A stretch of DNA of 64,000 bases from positions 2,542 to 66,541 of the forward strand of contig JBBIOL010000003.1 in assembly GCA_037443385.1 (NCBI GenBank), in the 5' to 3' direction. Shown piece after piece: positions 49,566-58,194 of this stretch; the first letter of the stretch is position 1; the number at the start of each line of letters is the position of its first letter. A program made the position numbers and the translations under genes. This DNA comes from Anaeromyxobacteraceae bacterium. Its GTDB lineage: Bacteria > Myxococcota > Myxococcia > Myxococcales > Anaeromyxobacteraceae. The notes below the pieces were generated by a model. It had not been told where the DNA came from. It saw nothing but the letters and a program-made list of their open reading frames with translations, and ran no database searches.

Positions 49566-50954
49566 ATGCCCCAGGACCGAGATCCGGGAGAGGCCTCCCG
49601 CGCCCGCCACGAGCGGCTGGTGGCCGCCGACCACCGCCACCTCTGGCACCCGTTCACCCAGATGCAGGAGTGGATGGCCGAGGACCCGGTGGTCATCGAG
49701 TCGGGCGAGGGGTCGTACCTCGTCGATACGCTCGGGCGCCGCTATCTCGACGGGGTCTCGTCGCTCTGGTGCAACGTCCACGGCCACCGGGTGCCGGAGA
49801 TCGACCGGGCCGTGGTGGAGCAGCTCGGCCGCATCGCCCACACCACGCTGCTGGGCCTCGCCTCCACCGCCTCCATCGCCTGCGCGGAGGAGCTCGTCCG
49901 CGTCGCGCCGCCGGGCCTCACCCGGGTCTTCTTCTCCGACGCCGGAGCCACCGCCGCCGAGATCGCCCTCAAGATGGCCTACCAGCACTTCCAGCTCCGC
50001 GGGGACGTGGAGCGCAAGGAGTTCGTGGCCATCCGCGGCGGCTACCACGGCGACACCATCGGCTCGGTCTCGGTGGGAGGCATCGACCTCTTCCACCGGA
50101 TCTTCAAGCCGCTGCTCTTCCCGGTCCGGCACGCGCCGCAGCCCTACTGCTACCGCTGCCCGCTCGGGAAGGAGTGGCCGGGCTGCGCCATGGCCTGCGC
50201 GGACGAGGTCGAGCGGATCTTCGAGGCCCACGCCGGCAAGGTGGCGGCGCTGGTCCTCGAGCCGCTCGTCCAGGGCGCCGACGGGATGATCGTGCAACCC
50301 CCGGGCTACCTCCGGCGCATGCGCGAGATCTGCGACCGGCACGGCGCGCTGCTCGTCTGCGACGAGGTGGCCACCGGGTTCGGACGCACCGGGACGCTCT
50401 TCGCGGTGGAGCAGGAGGGGGTGCGCCCCGACATCCTCACCGTGGCGAAGGGGCTCACCGGGGGCTACCTGCCGCTCGCGGCGACGCTCACCACCGAGGA
50501 GGTCTTCGCGTCCTTCCTCGGGACCTTCGCGTCCCGGCGGACCTTCTTCCACGGCCACACCTACACCGGGAACCCGCTCGCCTGCGCGGCGGCGGTGGCC
50601 AGCCTGCGCCTCTTCCGCGATCGCGGGCTCGTGGCCCGGCTCCCGGTCATGGGCGAGACGCTGGCCGCCGCGCTGGCCCCGCTCGCCGACCACCCGCACG
50701 TGGGGGAGATCCGGCGCCGAGGCCTGATGGTGGGGATCGAGCTGGTCCGCGACCGGCGGACGAGGGAGGAGTACGCCTACGAGGTCCGCGCCGGCCACCG
50801 GGTCACGCTCGAGGCCCGCTCCCGCGGCGCCATCCTCCGGCCGCTCGGGAACGTGGTGGTGCTCATGCCCCCGCTCTGCATGACCGACGACGAGCTCGGG
50901 ACGCTGGGCCGGATCACCCGCGAGTCGATCGAGGCGGCCACCGCCCGGATCTGA
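49566..50954 (+). CDS. bioA: Adenosylmethionine-8-amino-7-oxononanoate aminotransferase
   Basis: It has HLWHPFTQM, class-III aminotransferase motifs, the PLP lysine in TVAKGLTGG and HGHTYTGNPLACAAA. ATG 49566 is preferred; the track starts at GTG 49557. Confidence 0.9.
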   Translation: MPQDRDPGEASRARHERLVAADHRHLWHPFTQMQEWMAEDPVVIESGEGSYLVDTLGRRYLDGVSSLWCNVHGHRVPEIDRAVVEQLGRIAHTTLLGLASTASIACAEELVRVAPPGLTRVFFSDAGATAAEIALKMAYQHFQLRGDVERKEFVAIRGGYHGDTIGSVSVGGIDLFHRIFKPLLFPVRHAPQPYCYRCPLGKEWPGCAMACADEVERIFEAHAGKVAALVLEPLVQGADGMIVQPPGYLRRMREICDRHGALLVCDEVATGFGRTGTLFAVEQEGVRPDILTVAKGLTGGYLPLAATLTTEEVFASFLGTFASRRTFFHGHTYTGNPLACAAAVASLRLFRDRGLVARLPVMGETLAAALAPLADHPHVGEIRRRGLMVGIELVRDRRTREEYAYEVRAGHRVTLEARSRGAILRPLGNVVVLMPPLCMTDDELGTLGRITRESIEAATARI

Positions 50955-51625
50955 TGCGCGGCCTCCTCGTCACCGGGACCGACACCGGCGTCGGGAAGAC
51001 CGAGGTCGCCTGCGCTCTCGTGGCCGGCGCGCGCGCGCGCGGGCTCGACGTGGGCGCCATGAAGCCGGCCCAGTCGGGCGTTGAGGACGGAGTGCCCACC
51101 GACGCCGACCGGCTCCGGGCCGCGGCGGGCGGGGGCGATCCACCCGGCCTGGTTTGCCCGTACGCGTTCCCGGCCCCGCTCGCTCCCGCCGTGGCGGCGC
51201 GCCTCGCCGGGGTGGAGATCGACCTCGACCACGTCCTCGCCTGCGCGCGCGACCTCTCCCGTCGCCACGCGGCGCTGGTGGTGGAGGGGGCCGGAGGCCT
51301 GCTCGTCCCCCTCACCGGGCGTCACACCTACGCCGACCTGGCGGTGGCGCTCGGCCTGCCGGTGCTGGTGGTGGCGCGCGCCGGGCTCGGCACGGTGAAC
51401 CACACCGCGCTCACCTGCGAGGCCCTGCGCGCCCGCGGCCTCGCCGTGGCCGGGGTGGTGCTGAACCGCGCCACCGCCGCGGCCGATCCGTCCGAGCCGC
51501 ACAACGCCGCCGAGATCGAGCGGCTCGCCGGGGTGCGCGTGCTCGACTCGCTGCCGTACGTGCCCGATGCGCCGCTCCGCGCCCGCCTGCTCGCGGATCG
51601 GCTCGCTGGCGCTGTCCAGTTTTGA
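50954..51625 (+). CDS. bioD: Dethiobiotin synthase
   Basis: 223 aa. The ATG overlaps the bioA stop (TGATG). It has the P-loop VTGTDTGVGKT, and EGAGGLLVP. Confidence 0.9.
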   Translation: MRGLLVTGTDTGVGKTEVACALVAGARARGLDVGAMKPAQSGVEDGVPTDADRLRAAAGGGDPPGLVCPYAFPAPLAPAVAARLAGVEIDLDHVLACARDLSRRHAALVVEGAGGLLVPLTGRHTYADLAVALGLPVLVVARAGLGTVNHTALTCEALRARGLAVAGVVLNRATAAADPSEPHNAAEIERLAGVRVLDSLPYVPDAPLRARLLADRLAGAVQF

Positions 51626-51679
51626 GCCCGCCGGGCCGGAAATTGGATCGATCCGGCGATCGATCCTAGAGATCGGTGC

Positions 51680-51949
51680 GTGGCCGACATCGTCGATCTC
51701 ACCCTCACCGCGGAGGCGCGGCGCTCGCTGCACCGCGTCCTCGACCAGCGCGGGATCGGATTCTTCCTGAAGCGGCGCCGGCGCGAGCCCGCCCGCCTCG
51801 ACCCCCGGCGGATCGCCTGGGTGGTGGAGGCGGCCGCGCGCCGCACCCGCCCGTCGCGCGACCCCGACGCCCTCTCCCGCACCCGCCGGGTGATCCGGCG
51901 CGAGCTCATCCGCCGGCTGGCCGAGTCGCTCGTGGAGGCCGGGCTGTAG
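51680..51949 (+). CDS. Small Arg-rich hypothetical protein (89 aa)
   Basis: GTG start and very high GC3 throughout. No family is recognised. Confidence 0.4.
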   Translation: MADIVDLTLTAEARRSLHRVLDQRGIGFFLKRRRREPARLDPRRIAWVVEAAARRTRPSRDPDALSRTRRVIRRELIRRLAESLVEAGL

Positions 51950-51961
51950 CGCCGCCCGGCC

Positions 51962-54592
51962 TCAGGGCTTGAAGCTCGTCACCCCCGACGTCGCCGACCC
52001 GCCCAGGCTGGACGTCACCGTGACCTGGAACGGAGCCGGCACGCCCACCAGCACCGCCGTGTAGTTGCCCTTGCCGAGGTTGGTCATCACCACCGGCGCC
52101 AGGTTGGGGACGGTGAGCGTGAGCACCGCCGCTCCGGAGGTGACGGACGAGCTCGCGTTCACCGTGAGCCGCTGCTTGGAGGTGCGGTACTCGACGAGCG
52201 TGAGGGTGACGAGGTCCGGACCGGCCTGGACCGTGACCGTGACCTGGGAGGGCGTCGAGGCGATGAGCCCGTTCGAGACGGTGAGCGCGAGCACCACCGT
52301 GGCGACGCCCGTGCCCGGGCCCACGTTGGGTGCGGTGAAGGTCGGGTGCGCCGTGGTCGCGCCGGAGAGGGTCACCTTGGGTCCGGACACCTGCGTCCAC
52401 GCGTAGGTGATGGGGAGCGCCTGGGGATCGAAGCTGGCCGAGCCGTCCAGGGTCACCGCCCCGCCGCTGCGCACGGCCTGGGCTGGCCCCGCCATCGCGG
52501 TCGGGGCGCCGGCGGCGGCCACGTTCACGGTCGCGAGCGCCGAGGAGCGGAGGCCCGCCGCGTTCGTGACCTGCAGCGAGAAGGCGAGCGACTGCGGGCT
52601 GGTCGCGGCGGGCGAGATGAACACCGGTCGGGAGGTGGTGGCGCCGGTGAGCGACACCGGCGGGCCGGAGGACTGGCTCCAGAAGTAGGTGAGGGCGAGC
52701 GGCGGCGAGTTCGGGTCCACCGAGGCCGATCCGTCGAGCGTGACCCGCGCGTTCGCTCCCACCGACTGGGGCAGGCCGGCGTCGGCCACCGGCGCGGAAG
52801 GGGCCGGTGGCGCCGGGTTCACCGTGACCGCGACCGTGGACGCGGTGGAGACCGCGAAGGCGTCCCGGACGGTGAGTGAGAAGACCAGCGTCGCGGGCGA
52901 CGCACCGGACGGGACGAGCGGCGCCGTGAACGATGGCCGGGCCACCGAGGCGCTGGAGAGGGTCACGCCGGTCCCGCTCGACTGCTGCCAGGCGTAGGTG
53001 AGCGACTGGCCGTTCGGGTCGGTGGAGAGGCTCCCGTCGAGCGTGACGAGCGCGCCGGAGGGGACGGTCTGGGGAAGGCCGGCGTTCGCGGTGGGTGGCA
53101 CGGGCGCGGCGCCGGAGCAGGAGGGCGCAGTCGGGACCGGGCTGCCCGGCCAGGGCGAGAGCTGGCCCACGATCCCGCCGGGGATGGGGCTGGGCCCGCC
53201 GCCCGCCCACGGGCCGGAGCCGTTCGCCAGGAAGGGGAACTCCTGGAAGTTGAGCGGCACGGGCGGACTGCCGGCGGCCAGGTTCTCCGGGAAGAGGTAC
53301 TCGGTGATGGGCGCGCGGTACTGGCCGGCGAGGAGCCCGTTCGCGGTGGTGACGGGCTGCGCCCCCACGATGCGGGCGCGCAGCTCGCGGGTGGCGGGCA
53401 GGAAGACGCCCACGGGTGGCATGGAGAGGACCTTGGTGGGCGGCCGGAAGCGCCAGCGCCCGAGCACGGCGCCCACCGGCGGTCCGGGGTCGACCGCCAC
53501 CGATCCCCACGAGCGCTCCGTCTGCGCGCCGGTGCAGGGATCCACGTCGATGCCGTAGAGATCCACGTTCCGCGTGGGGTCGGTGGTGAACCCCTCGAAG
53601 CGGGTGCGGACCGTGGCCTCCTGCGGCACGCCGGCGATGGGCGCGCCGCCCACGCCCAGGATGGTGACCTCGATGGCGATGTAGGCCGGGTCGGTGCCGT
53701 ACGCGGTGAAGATGCCCAGGTTGGCGACCAGGGAGTAGGCGGCCACGTAGGACGAGGCGACCGCGCCGGACGGCCCCGCGGTGGGAGACGCTCCGTCCTT
53801 CACCAGGATCCCGGAGTAGGTGACGAAGTCGCCGACCTCGACGGGCGCCGCGCGCCGGGCGTCGGGGAGCACGCCCAGCGCGGGGTCGGGCGTGTGGAAG
53901 ATGGACTGGTACGCCCCGGTGACCGGGTCACGCGGGCGGTTGCCCTGCGGGCAGAGGGCGTCGTCCAGGGCGGCCGGATCGGTGCGCGGCACGCAGAGCG
54001 GGTAGCCGGTCGTCGCGCGGACGGTGGGATTCTCCTCGTCGACGGTGAACCGGACGTCGGGGCTCGTGACCCGGCCGAACCGGCCGAGGGGATCGTTGAG
54101 CCGCACGCGCTGGCCGGTTCCCGGGTCGCCGATGACGCCCCCCACCCGGAGCTCGCCGGTGGCGTAGTCGATGAAGTTCACGAAGCCCTGGCCGGCGTTG
54201 AGCTCGTCCTGCGCGATCGAGACCAGGCCGGCGACGTACTGGTCGCCCACCCGGTTGCCGATCACGTGGACCTGCCAGGTGGTCGTGGGCGCGGGCAGGT
54301 CGGCCTGGGCCATCCCGGTCTGTCCCGGACCGTACGGCGGCGGGGCGAGCGCGAAGAGCTCCTGCCAGGTGAGCGCGGTGGCCGGCATGAGCACGATGGT
54401 GTTCCGCGGGACGGTGACGACCTGCCCGTGGACGGTGAGCGTGCCCCCGGCGAGCGAGTCGGTCCCGGAGAGGGTCGCCGCCTGGAGGATCCCGATCATG
54501 TCGAACGGCGAGACCGGCTCGGGCGGCGGGAGCGCCGGGGCGGGCGCCGCCGGGAGCGCGAGGGCGAGCAGGAGGACCATGCGTGCGTTCAT
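51962..54592 (-). CDS. Secreted 876-aa protein: unknown roughly 500-aa N-terminal domain + three PKD-like repeats + C-terminal Ig-like tail
   Basis: ATG 54592 with the signal peptide MNARMVLLLALALPAAPAPA. It is paralogous to the partial gene at 62567-64000 (shared segments TRN..LYG.D.DP.TG, GRWRFRPP, EY.FPEN, EYRT.KQRL.VNASSSVTS). Confidence 0.75.
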   Translation of the reverse strand: MNARMVLLLALALPAAPAPALPPPEPVSPFDMIGILQAATLSGTDSLAGGTLTVHGQVVTVPRNTIVLMPATALTWQELFALAPPPYGPGQTGMAQADLPAPTTTWQVHVIGNRVGDQYVAGLVSIAQDELNAGQGFVNFIDYATGELRVGGVIGDPGTGQRVRLNDPLGRFGRVTSPDVRFTVDEENPTVRATTGYPLCVPRTDPAALDDALCPQGNRPRDPVTGAYQSIFHTPDPALGVLPDARRAAPVEVGDFVTYSGILVKDGASPTAGPSGAVASSYVAAYSLVANLGIFTAYGTDPAYIAIEVTILGVGGAPIAGVPQEATVRTRFEGFTTDPTRNVDLYGIDVDPCTGAQTERSWGSVAVDPGPPVGAVLGRWRFRPPTKVLSMPPVGVFLPATRELRARIVGAQPVTTANGLLAGQYRAPITEYLFPENLAAGSPPVPLNFQEFPFLANGSGPWAGGGPSPIPGGIVGQLSPWPGSPVPTAPSCSGAAPVPPTANAGLPQTVPSGALVTLDGSLSTDPNGQSLTYAWQQSSGTGVTLSSASVARPSFTAPLVPSGASPATLVFSLTVRDAFAVSTASTVAVTVNPAPPAPSAPVADAGLPQSVGANARVTLDGSASVDPNSPPLALTYFWSQSSGPPVSLTGATTSRPVFISPAATSPQSLAFSLQVTNAAGLRSSALATVNVAAAGAPTAMAGPAQAVRSGGAVTLDGSASFDPQALPITYAWTQVSGPKVTLSGATTAHPTFTAPNVGPGTGVATVVLALTVSNGLIASTPSQVTVTVQAGPDLVTLTLVEYRTSKQRLTVNASSSVTSGAAVLTLTVPNLAPVVMTNLGKGNYTAVLVGVPAPFQVTVTSSLGGSATSGVTSFKP
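52217..53098 (-). repeat. Three tandem PKD-like coding repeats (96-102 aa each)
   Basis: The repeated pattern is AxAG.PQ.V..G..VTLDGS.S.DP....L.Y.W.Q.SGP.V.L....T..P.F.AP. Confidence 0.7.
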
Positions 54593-54773
54593 GCGCCGGA
54601 AGCTCCGTCCGGCCCCGGGGGGCACCCAGTCGCGGGAGGAAGGGACGCGGCGGTCTCCGGATGGGGCGCAAGGAAGAATTCGTCCGTAAATCGCGCGACA
54701 GGGCGACGGCGAGCCCGGATCCCAACCTCCCTCCCGGACGGCGCGAACCCACCCGTCCCACGGGGGGAAGCGA

Positions 54774-57194
54774 ATGACGACGACGAGGCTGACATGGCTC
54801 CGCGCCCGGACCGCGGCGGTCCTGGCGCTCGCGGCCGGAGGCGCCGCCGCCCAGACCACGGTGACGACCCCGCTCTCGCCCGCGGAGCTCCGCTTCGCGG
54901 CGCAGAACCTCGGCGTCACCTCGCTCGCCGCCGTGGCGGCGCCGGTGCCGCCCGAGCTCGCCCGCTTCGTGCAGGACCGTACGAGGCTGCTCCAGCTCGG
55001 CAAGGCGCTCTTCTGGGACCAGCAGCTCGGCAGCGACGGCCAGGCCTGCGCCTCGTGCCACTTCCACGCCGGCGCCGACAACCGGTCGAAAAACCAGGTG
55101 AACCCCGGCTTCCGCAGCACCGTGGTCCCCGGCGGGGACACGACCTTCGGCAACGGCACGGGCGCGCCCGGGCCGAACCCTCCCTTCGGGCCCAACCGGC
55201 AGCTCACCGCCGCCGATTTCCCCAAGCACCGCCTCGCGGACCCCTTCGACCGGACCTCCGCCGTTCTCTCCGACACGAACGACGTCGTCTCCTCGCAGGG
55301 CGTCTTCGGGGCCGTGCTCGTGAAGACCGGCATCCCCTACGACTCGGGCGTGCCGTCCTCGGGGTCCGGACCCGGGGCCACCTTCAACGTGAACGGCGTG
55401 CTCGTTCGCAGCGTGGAGCCTCGCAACACGCCCTCGGTGGTGAACGCGGTCTTCAACGACCGGAACTTCTGGGACTCGCGCGGGCGCCAGGAGTTCAACG
55501 GCGTCGATCCCATCGGCGTGCTCGACCCCGGCGCGCAGGTGGTCGAGATGGTCCGGCTCCCGGGGCTCAAGACCGGCGCCTTCCTCCATCCGGCGGGCAT
55601 CACGCTCGCCTCCACGGCCTCGCAGGCGGTCGGCCCGCCGACGAGCGACCTGGAGATGTCCTTCGGGGGGCGGCGCAATGCCGACCTGGGGCGGAAGATG
55701 CTCGCGGGCGCGCTCCGGCCGCTCGCGCTCCAGCTCGTCGCGGTCGACGACTCGGTGCTCGGCCCGCTCTCGGCCCAGAAGAAGAAGAAGTCCACTCCCG
55801 GGCTCACGACCACCTACCTCGATCTCGTGAAGGCGGCCTTCCTGCCCCAGTGGTGGGACGGGGGCAAGTGGGTGGTCGACCTCACGACCGGGACCCCGGT
55901 CCTTCGCCAGGCGTCGCAGACCGGCCCGAACGTCTTCACCGTCGCGGAGTACAACTTCACGCTCCTCTTCGGGCTCGCCATCCGCGAGTACGAGGCGACG
56001 CTCGTCGCCGACGCCTCCCCGTTCGACCGCTTCATGGAGGGGGACGGGTCGGCGCTCTCGCCCGCGGCCGTGCGCGGGCTGCAGACCTTCCTCGGGAAGG
56101 GCGGCTGCGTGCGCTGCCACGGAGGACCCGAGCTCACCAACGCCGGCGTGACGAGCATCCAGCGGCGCGGCCAGCTGGTCGCGCCCGGGACCGGCACCCA
56201 CGACCTCCTCGAGCGCATGGTGATGGGGGACGGCGGCGTCGCGGTCTACGACGCCGGTCACTACAACATCGGCGTGCGCCCCACGGCCGAGGACCTGGGG
56301 CTGGGTGCCTCGATCGGCCCGGCGAACCTGCCGCTCGCGAACGCGCGGCGGATGCAGGACTGCCTGCGTCGGCGCGTGGCGGCCGGTGACGGGCTCGCCG
56401 CCGCCAGCGCGGCCTGTGGCGTGCCCCGCATCCTGGCGAGGCCGGGCGAGGCGTCGCCGCTCGTTCGCCGCGCCGCCGCGCGGGTCGGGAACCCGCCCGA
56501 CGTGATCGCGCTCCTGGACCTGGCCGACGGGTTCCTCGGCCCGGACGACACGCTCCTCTTCACGAGCCCGTCGCCCATGGCGGCCGCCGGGTTGCTCGCG
56601 CAGGCCCGCGACCAGATCGCCGCGCTCGCCCCCGGGGACGGGGAGGTGGCACGCCTGCTCGCGTCCGCGACCAGCCTCCTGCCCGACCCGCTCGACCCGG
56701 GCCTCGACGAGGAGTTCCCGCTCGCGCCCCCGCTCACGCCCGACGAGCGGCTCGCCGTGGACGGTGCCTTCAAGGTGCCGGGCCTGCGGAACGTGGCGCT
56801 CACCGCCCCCTACTTCCACGACGGCGGCCAGGCCACGCTCGCCCAGGTGGTCGAGTTCTACAACCGGGGGGGCGACTTCCTCCTCGAGAACGCCGCGACC
56901 GCCGACCCGGTGATCCGGCCGCTCGGGCTCTCGGCCGACGAGCGATCCGACCTCGTCGCATTCCTGGAGTCGCTCACCGACGAGCGAACGCGGTGGGATC
57001 GCGCACCGTTCGACCACCCCGGCCTCTCGGTGCCGAACGGCGGCACGCCCGGCGTCCTCGACCTGGCGCTCTTCCCGGGCTACCGGGTCCTCGACGACCG
57101 CGTGTCCCTTCCCGCCGTCGGTGCGGGCGGCAGCGCGGTCCCCCTCGGCACGCCGCGGACGCCGTTCGCAACCTTCCTCGATCCGCTGCGATAG
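54774..57194 (+). CDS. Dihaem cytochrome c peroxidase family protein (CCP/MauG superfamily), 806 aa, exported
   Basis: It has a signal peptide and two CxxCH motifs: CASCH (55047-55061) and CVRCH (56106-56120). It also has FKVPGLRNVALTAPYFHDGGQATL and the C-terminal DLVAFLESLTD. Confidence 0.88.
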   Translation: MTTTRLTWLRARTAAVLALAAGGAAAQTTVTTPLSPAELRFAAQNLGVTSLAAVAAPVPPELARFVQDRTRLLQLGKALFWDQQLGSDGQACASCHFHAGADNRSKNQVNPGFRSTVVPGGDTTFGNGTGAPGPNPPFGPNRQLTAADFPKHRLADPFDRTSAVLSDTNDVVSSQGVFGAVLVKTGIPYDSGVPSSGSGPGATFNVNGVLVRSVEPRNTPSVVNAVFNDRNFWDSRGRQEFNGVDPIGVLDPGAQVVEMVRLPGLKTGAFLHPAGITLASTASQAVGPPTSDLEMSFGGRRNADLGRKMLAGALRPLALQLVAVDDSVLGPLSAQKKKKSTPGLTTTYLDLVKAAFLPQWWDGGKWVVDLTTGTPVLRQASQTGPNVFTVAEYNFTLLFGLAIREYEATLVADASPFDRFMEGDGSALSPAAVRGLQTFLGKGGCVRCHGGPELTNAGVTSIQRRGQLVAPGTGTHDLLERMVMGDGGVAVYDAGHYNIGVRPTAEDLGLGASIGPANLPLANARRMQDCLRRRVAAGDGLAAASAACGVPRILARPGEASPLVRRAAARVGNPPDVIALLDLADGFLGPDDTLLFTSPSPMAAAGLLAQARDQIAALAPGDGEVARLLASATSLLPDPLDPGLDEEFPLAPPLTPDERLAVDGAFKVPGLRNVALTAPYFHDGGQATLAQVVEFYNRGGDFLLENAATADPVIRPLGLSADERSDLVAFLESLTDERTRWDRAPFDHPGLSVPNGGTPGVLDLALFPGYRVLDDRVSLPAVGAGGSAVPLGTPRTPFATFLDPLR

Positions 57195-58181
57195 CTAGGG
57201 GTCGCCCGCCGCCGCGGCTGCGAGCCGCTCGAGCGCGCGATCGAGCGCGGACCCGGGCCCTCCCTCCACCGGCGAGGGCCCGGCGGCGCCGCCTCCCGGG
57301 TGCACCGTGCGGGTGGCCTCGACCCGGGAGGCGCCTTCCCCGGTCGAGATGCGGAAGAGGACCTCCTCCACGGCCGGCCGGGGCAGGTCGGAGACCAGTT
57401 CCACCTCGACGTGGTCCGGCCCCGCGTCGAGGATGGTGACCCGCCCGGCCGACCCCCCGCCGGTCCAGTGAAGGGTCGTCCCCGGGCCGGTGGCCCCGTC
57501 ACCGGGGGTCCGGGCGTGGACCAGCACGACGTCGGGAGGCAGCGCGGCGGGCGACCACCACCGCTCCCAGCGGCGCAGGTCGACGAGCCAGGGCAGGAGG
57601 TCGGCGGGGAGGGCCCGCACGCGGACGGCGTGCGTCTCGCGGCGTGCACCGGCGTCCAGGCCGGCCTCCGCCACCACCCGCAGACGCGCGAGCGCCAGAT
57701 CCAGGGACGCCGTGAGCGGCTCGTCTCCTCGCCCCAGGAGGCGGGAGACCCGGTCCGGGAGGGAGAGCTCGCCCGACTGGGCCCACGAGACCCGGAGGCC
57801 GTCTCCATCGCGCGAGAGGCGCACCTCCACGTCGGCGAGGCCGGCGTACGGCGCGAGGGTCTCCCGCTCGAGCTCGACCCGCCCGGACGCGACCTCGAGC
57901 ACGGTGAGCCGCCCGCGCCGCGTGGCGCTCGACCAGTGGTAGCTCGAGCCAGGGCCCGACGCCGGTCCGCCGTAGTCGCGCCGCGCTCCGGGGTCGCCGG
58001 CCTCCTCCGGCCACCAGGCGAGCCAGCGGCGGGGCTCGGCGATCTCCGCCAGGACCGAGCGCGAATCCGCGTCGACGTGGATCGATCGCTCTACCCGGTA
58101 CCGCCCCGGCGAGACCGCGACGGCCGTGGCGGCCGCCGTCGCCCCGGCGAGGGCTCCCCAGGCGAGCCTGCTCCGCCGCAC
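57195..58181 (-). CDS. N-terminally anchored protein with two SRPBCC (START/polyketide-cyclase-like) domains
   Basis: The start is set at GTG 58181, 13 nt after the sigma-gene stop, by alignment with the paralog at 61526-62470 (TM helix, then YRVERS...). W.AWWP and GRGRLTV-type motifs occur twice. Confidence 0.65.
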   Translation of the reverse strand: MRRSRLAWGALAGATAAATAVAVSPGRYRVERSIHVDADSRSVLAEIAEPRRWLAWWPEEAGDPGARRDYGGPASGPGSSYHWSSATRRGRLTVLEVASGRVELERETLAPYAGLADVEVRLSRDGDGLRVSWAQSGELSLPDRVSRLLGRGDEPLTASLDLALARLRVVAEAGLDAGARRETHAVRVRALPADLLPWLVDLRRWERWWSPAALPPDVVLVHARTPGDGATGPGTTLHWTGGGSAGRVTILDAGPDHVEVELVSDLPRPAVEEVLFRISTGEGASRVEATRTVHPGGGAAGPSPVEGGPGSALDRALERLAAAAAGDP

Positions 58182-58194
58182 GCCATCGACCCGG

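Noticed and set aside
57195-58181. The double-SRPBCC protein as a classical anti-sigma factor for the adjacent sigma.
   Set aside because: Only a few residues precede the single TM helix, so almost no cytoplasmic domain is available to bind a sigma factor. The sigma factor is also RpoH-like rather than ECF-type. A link is possible, but not as a canonical anti-sigma.
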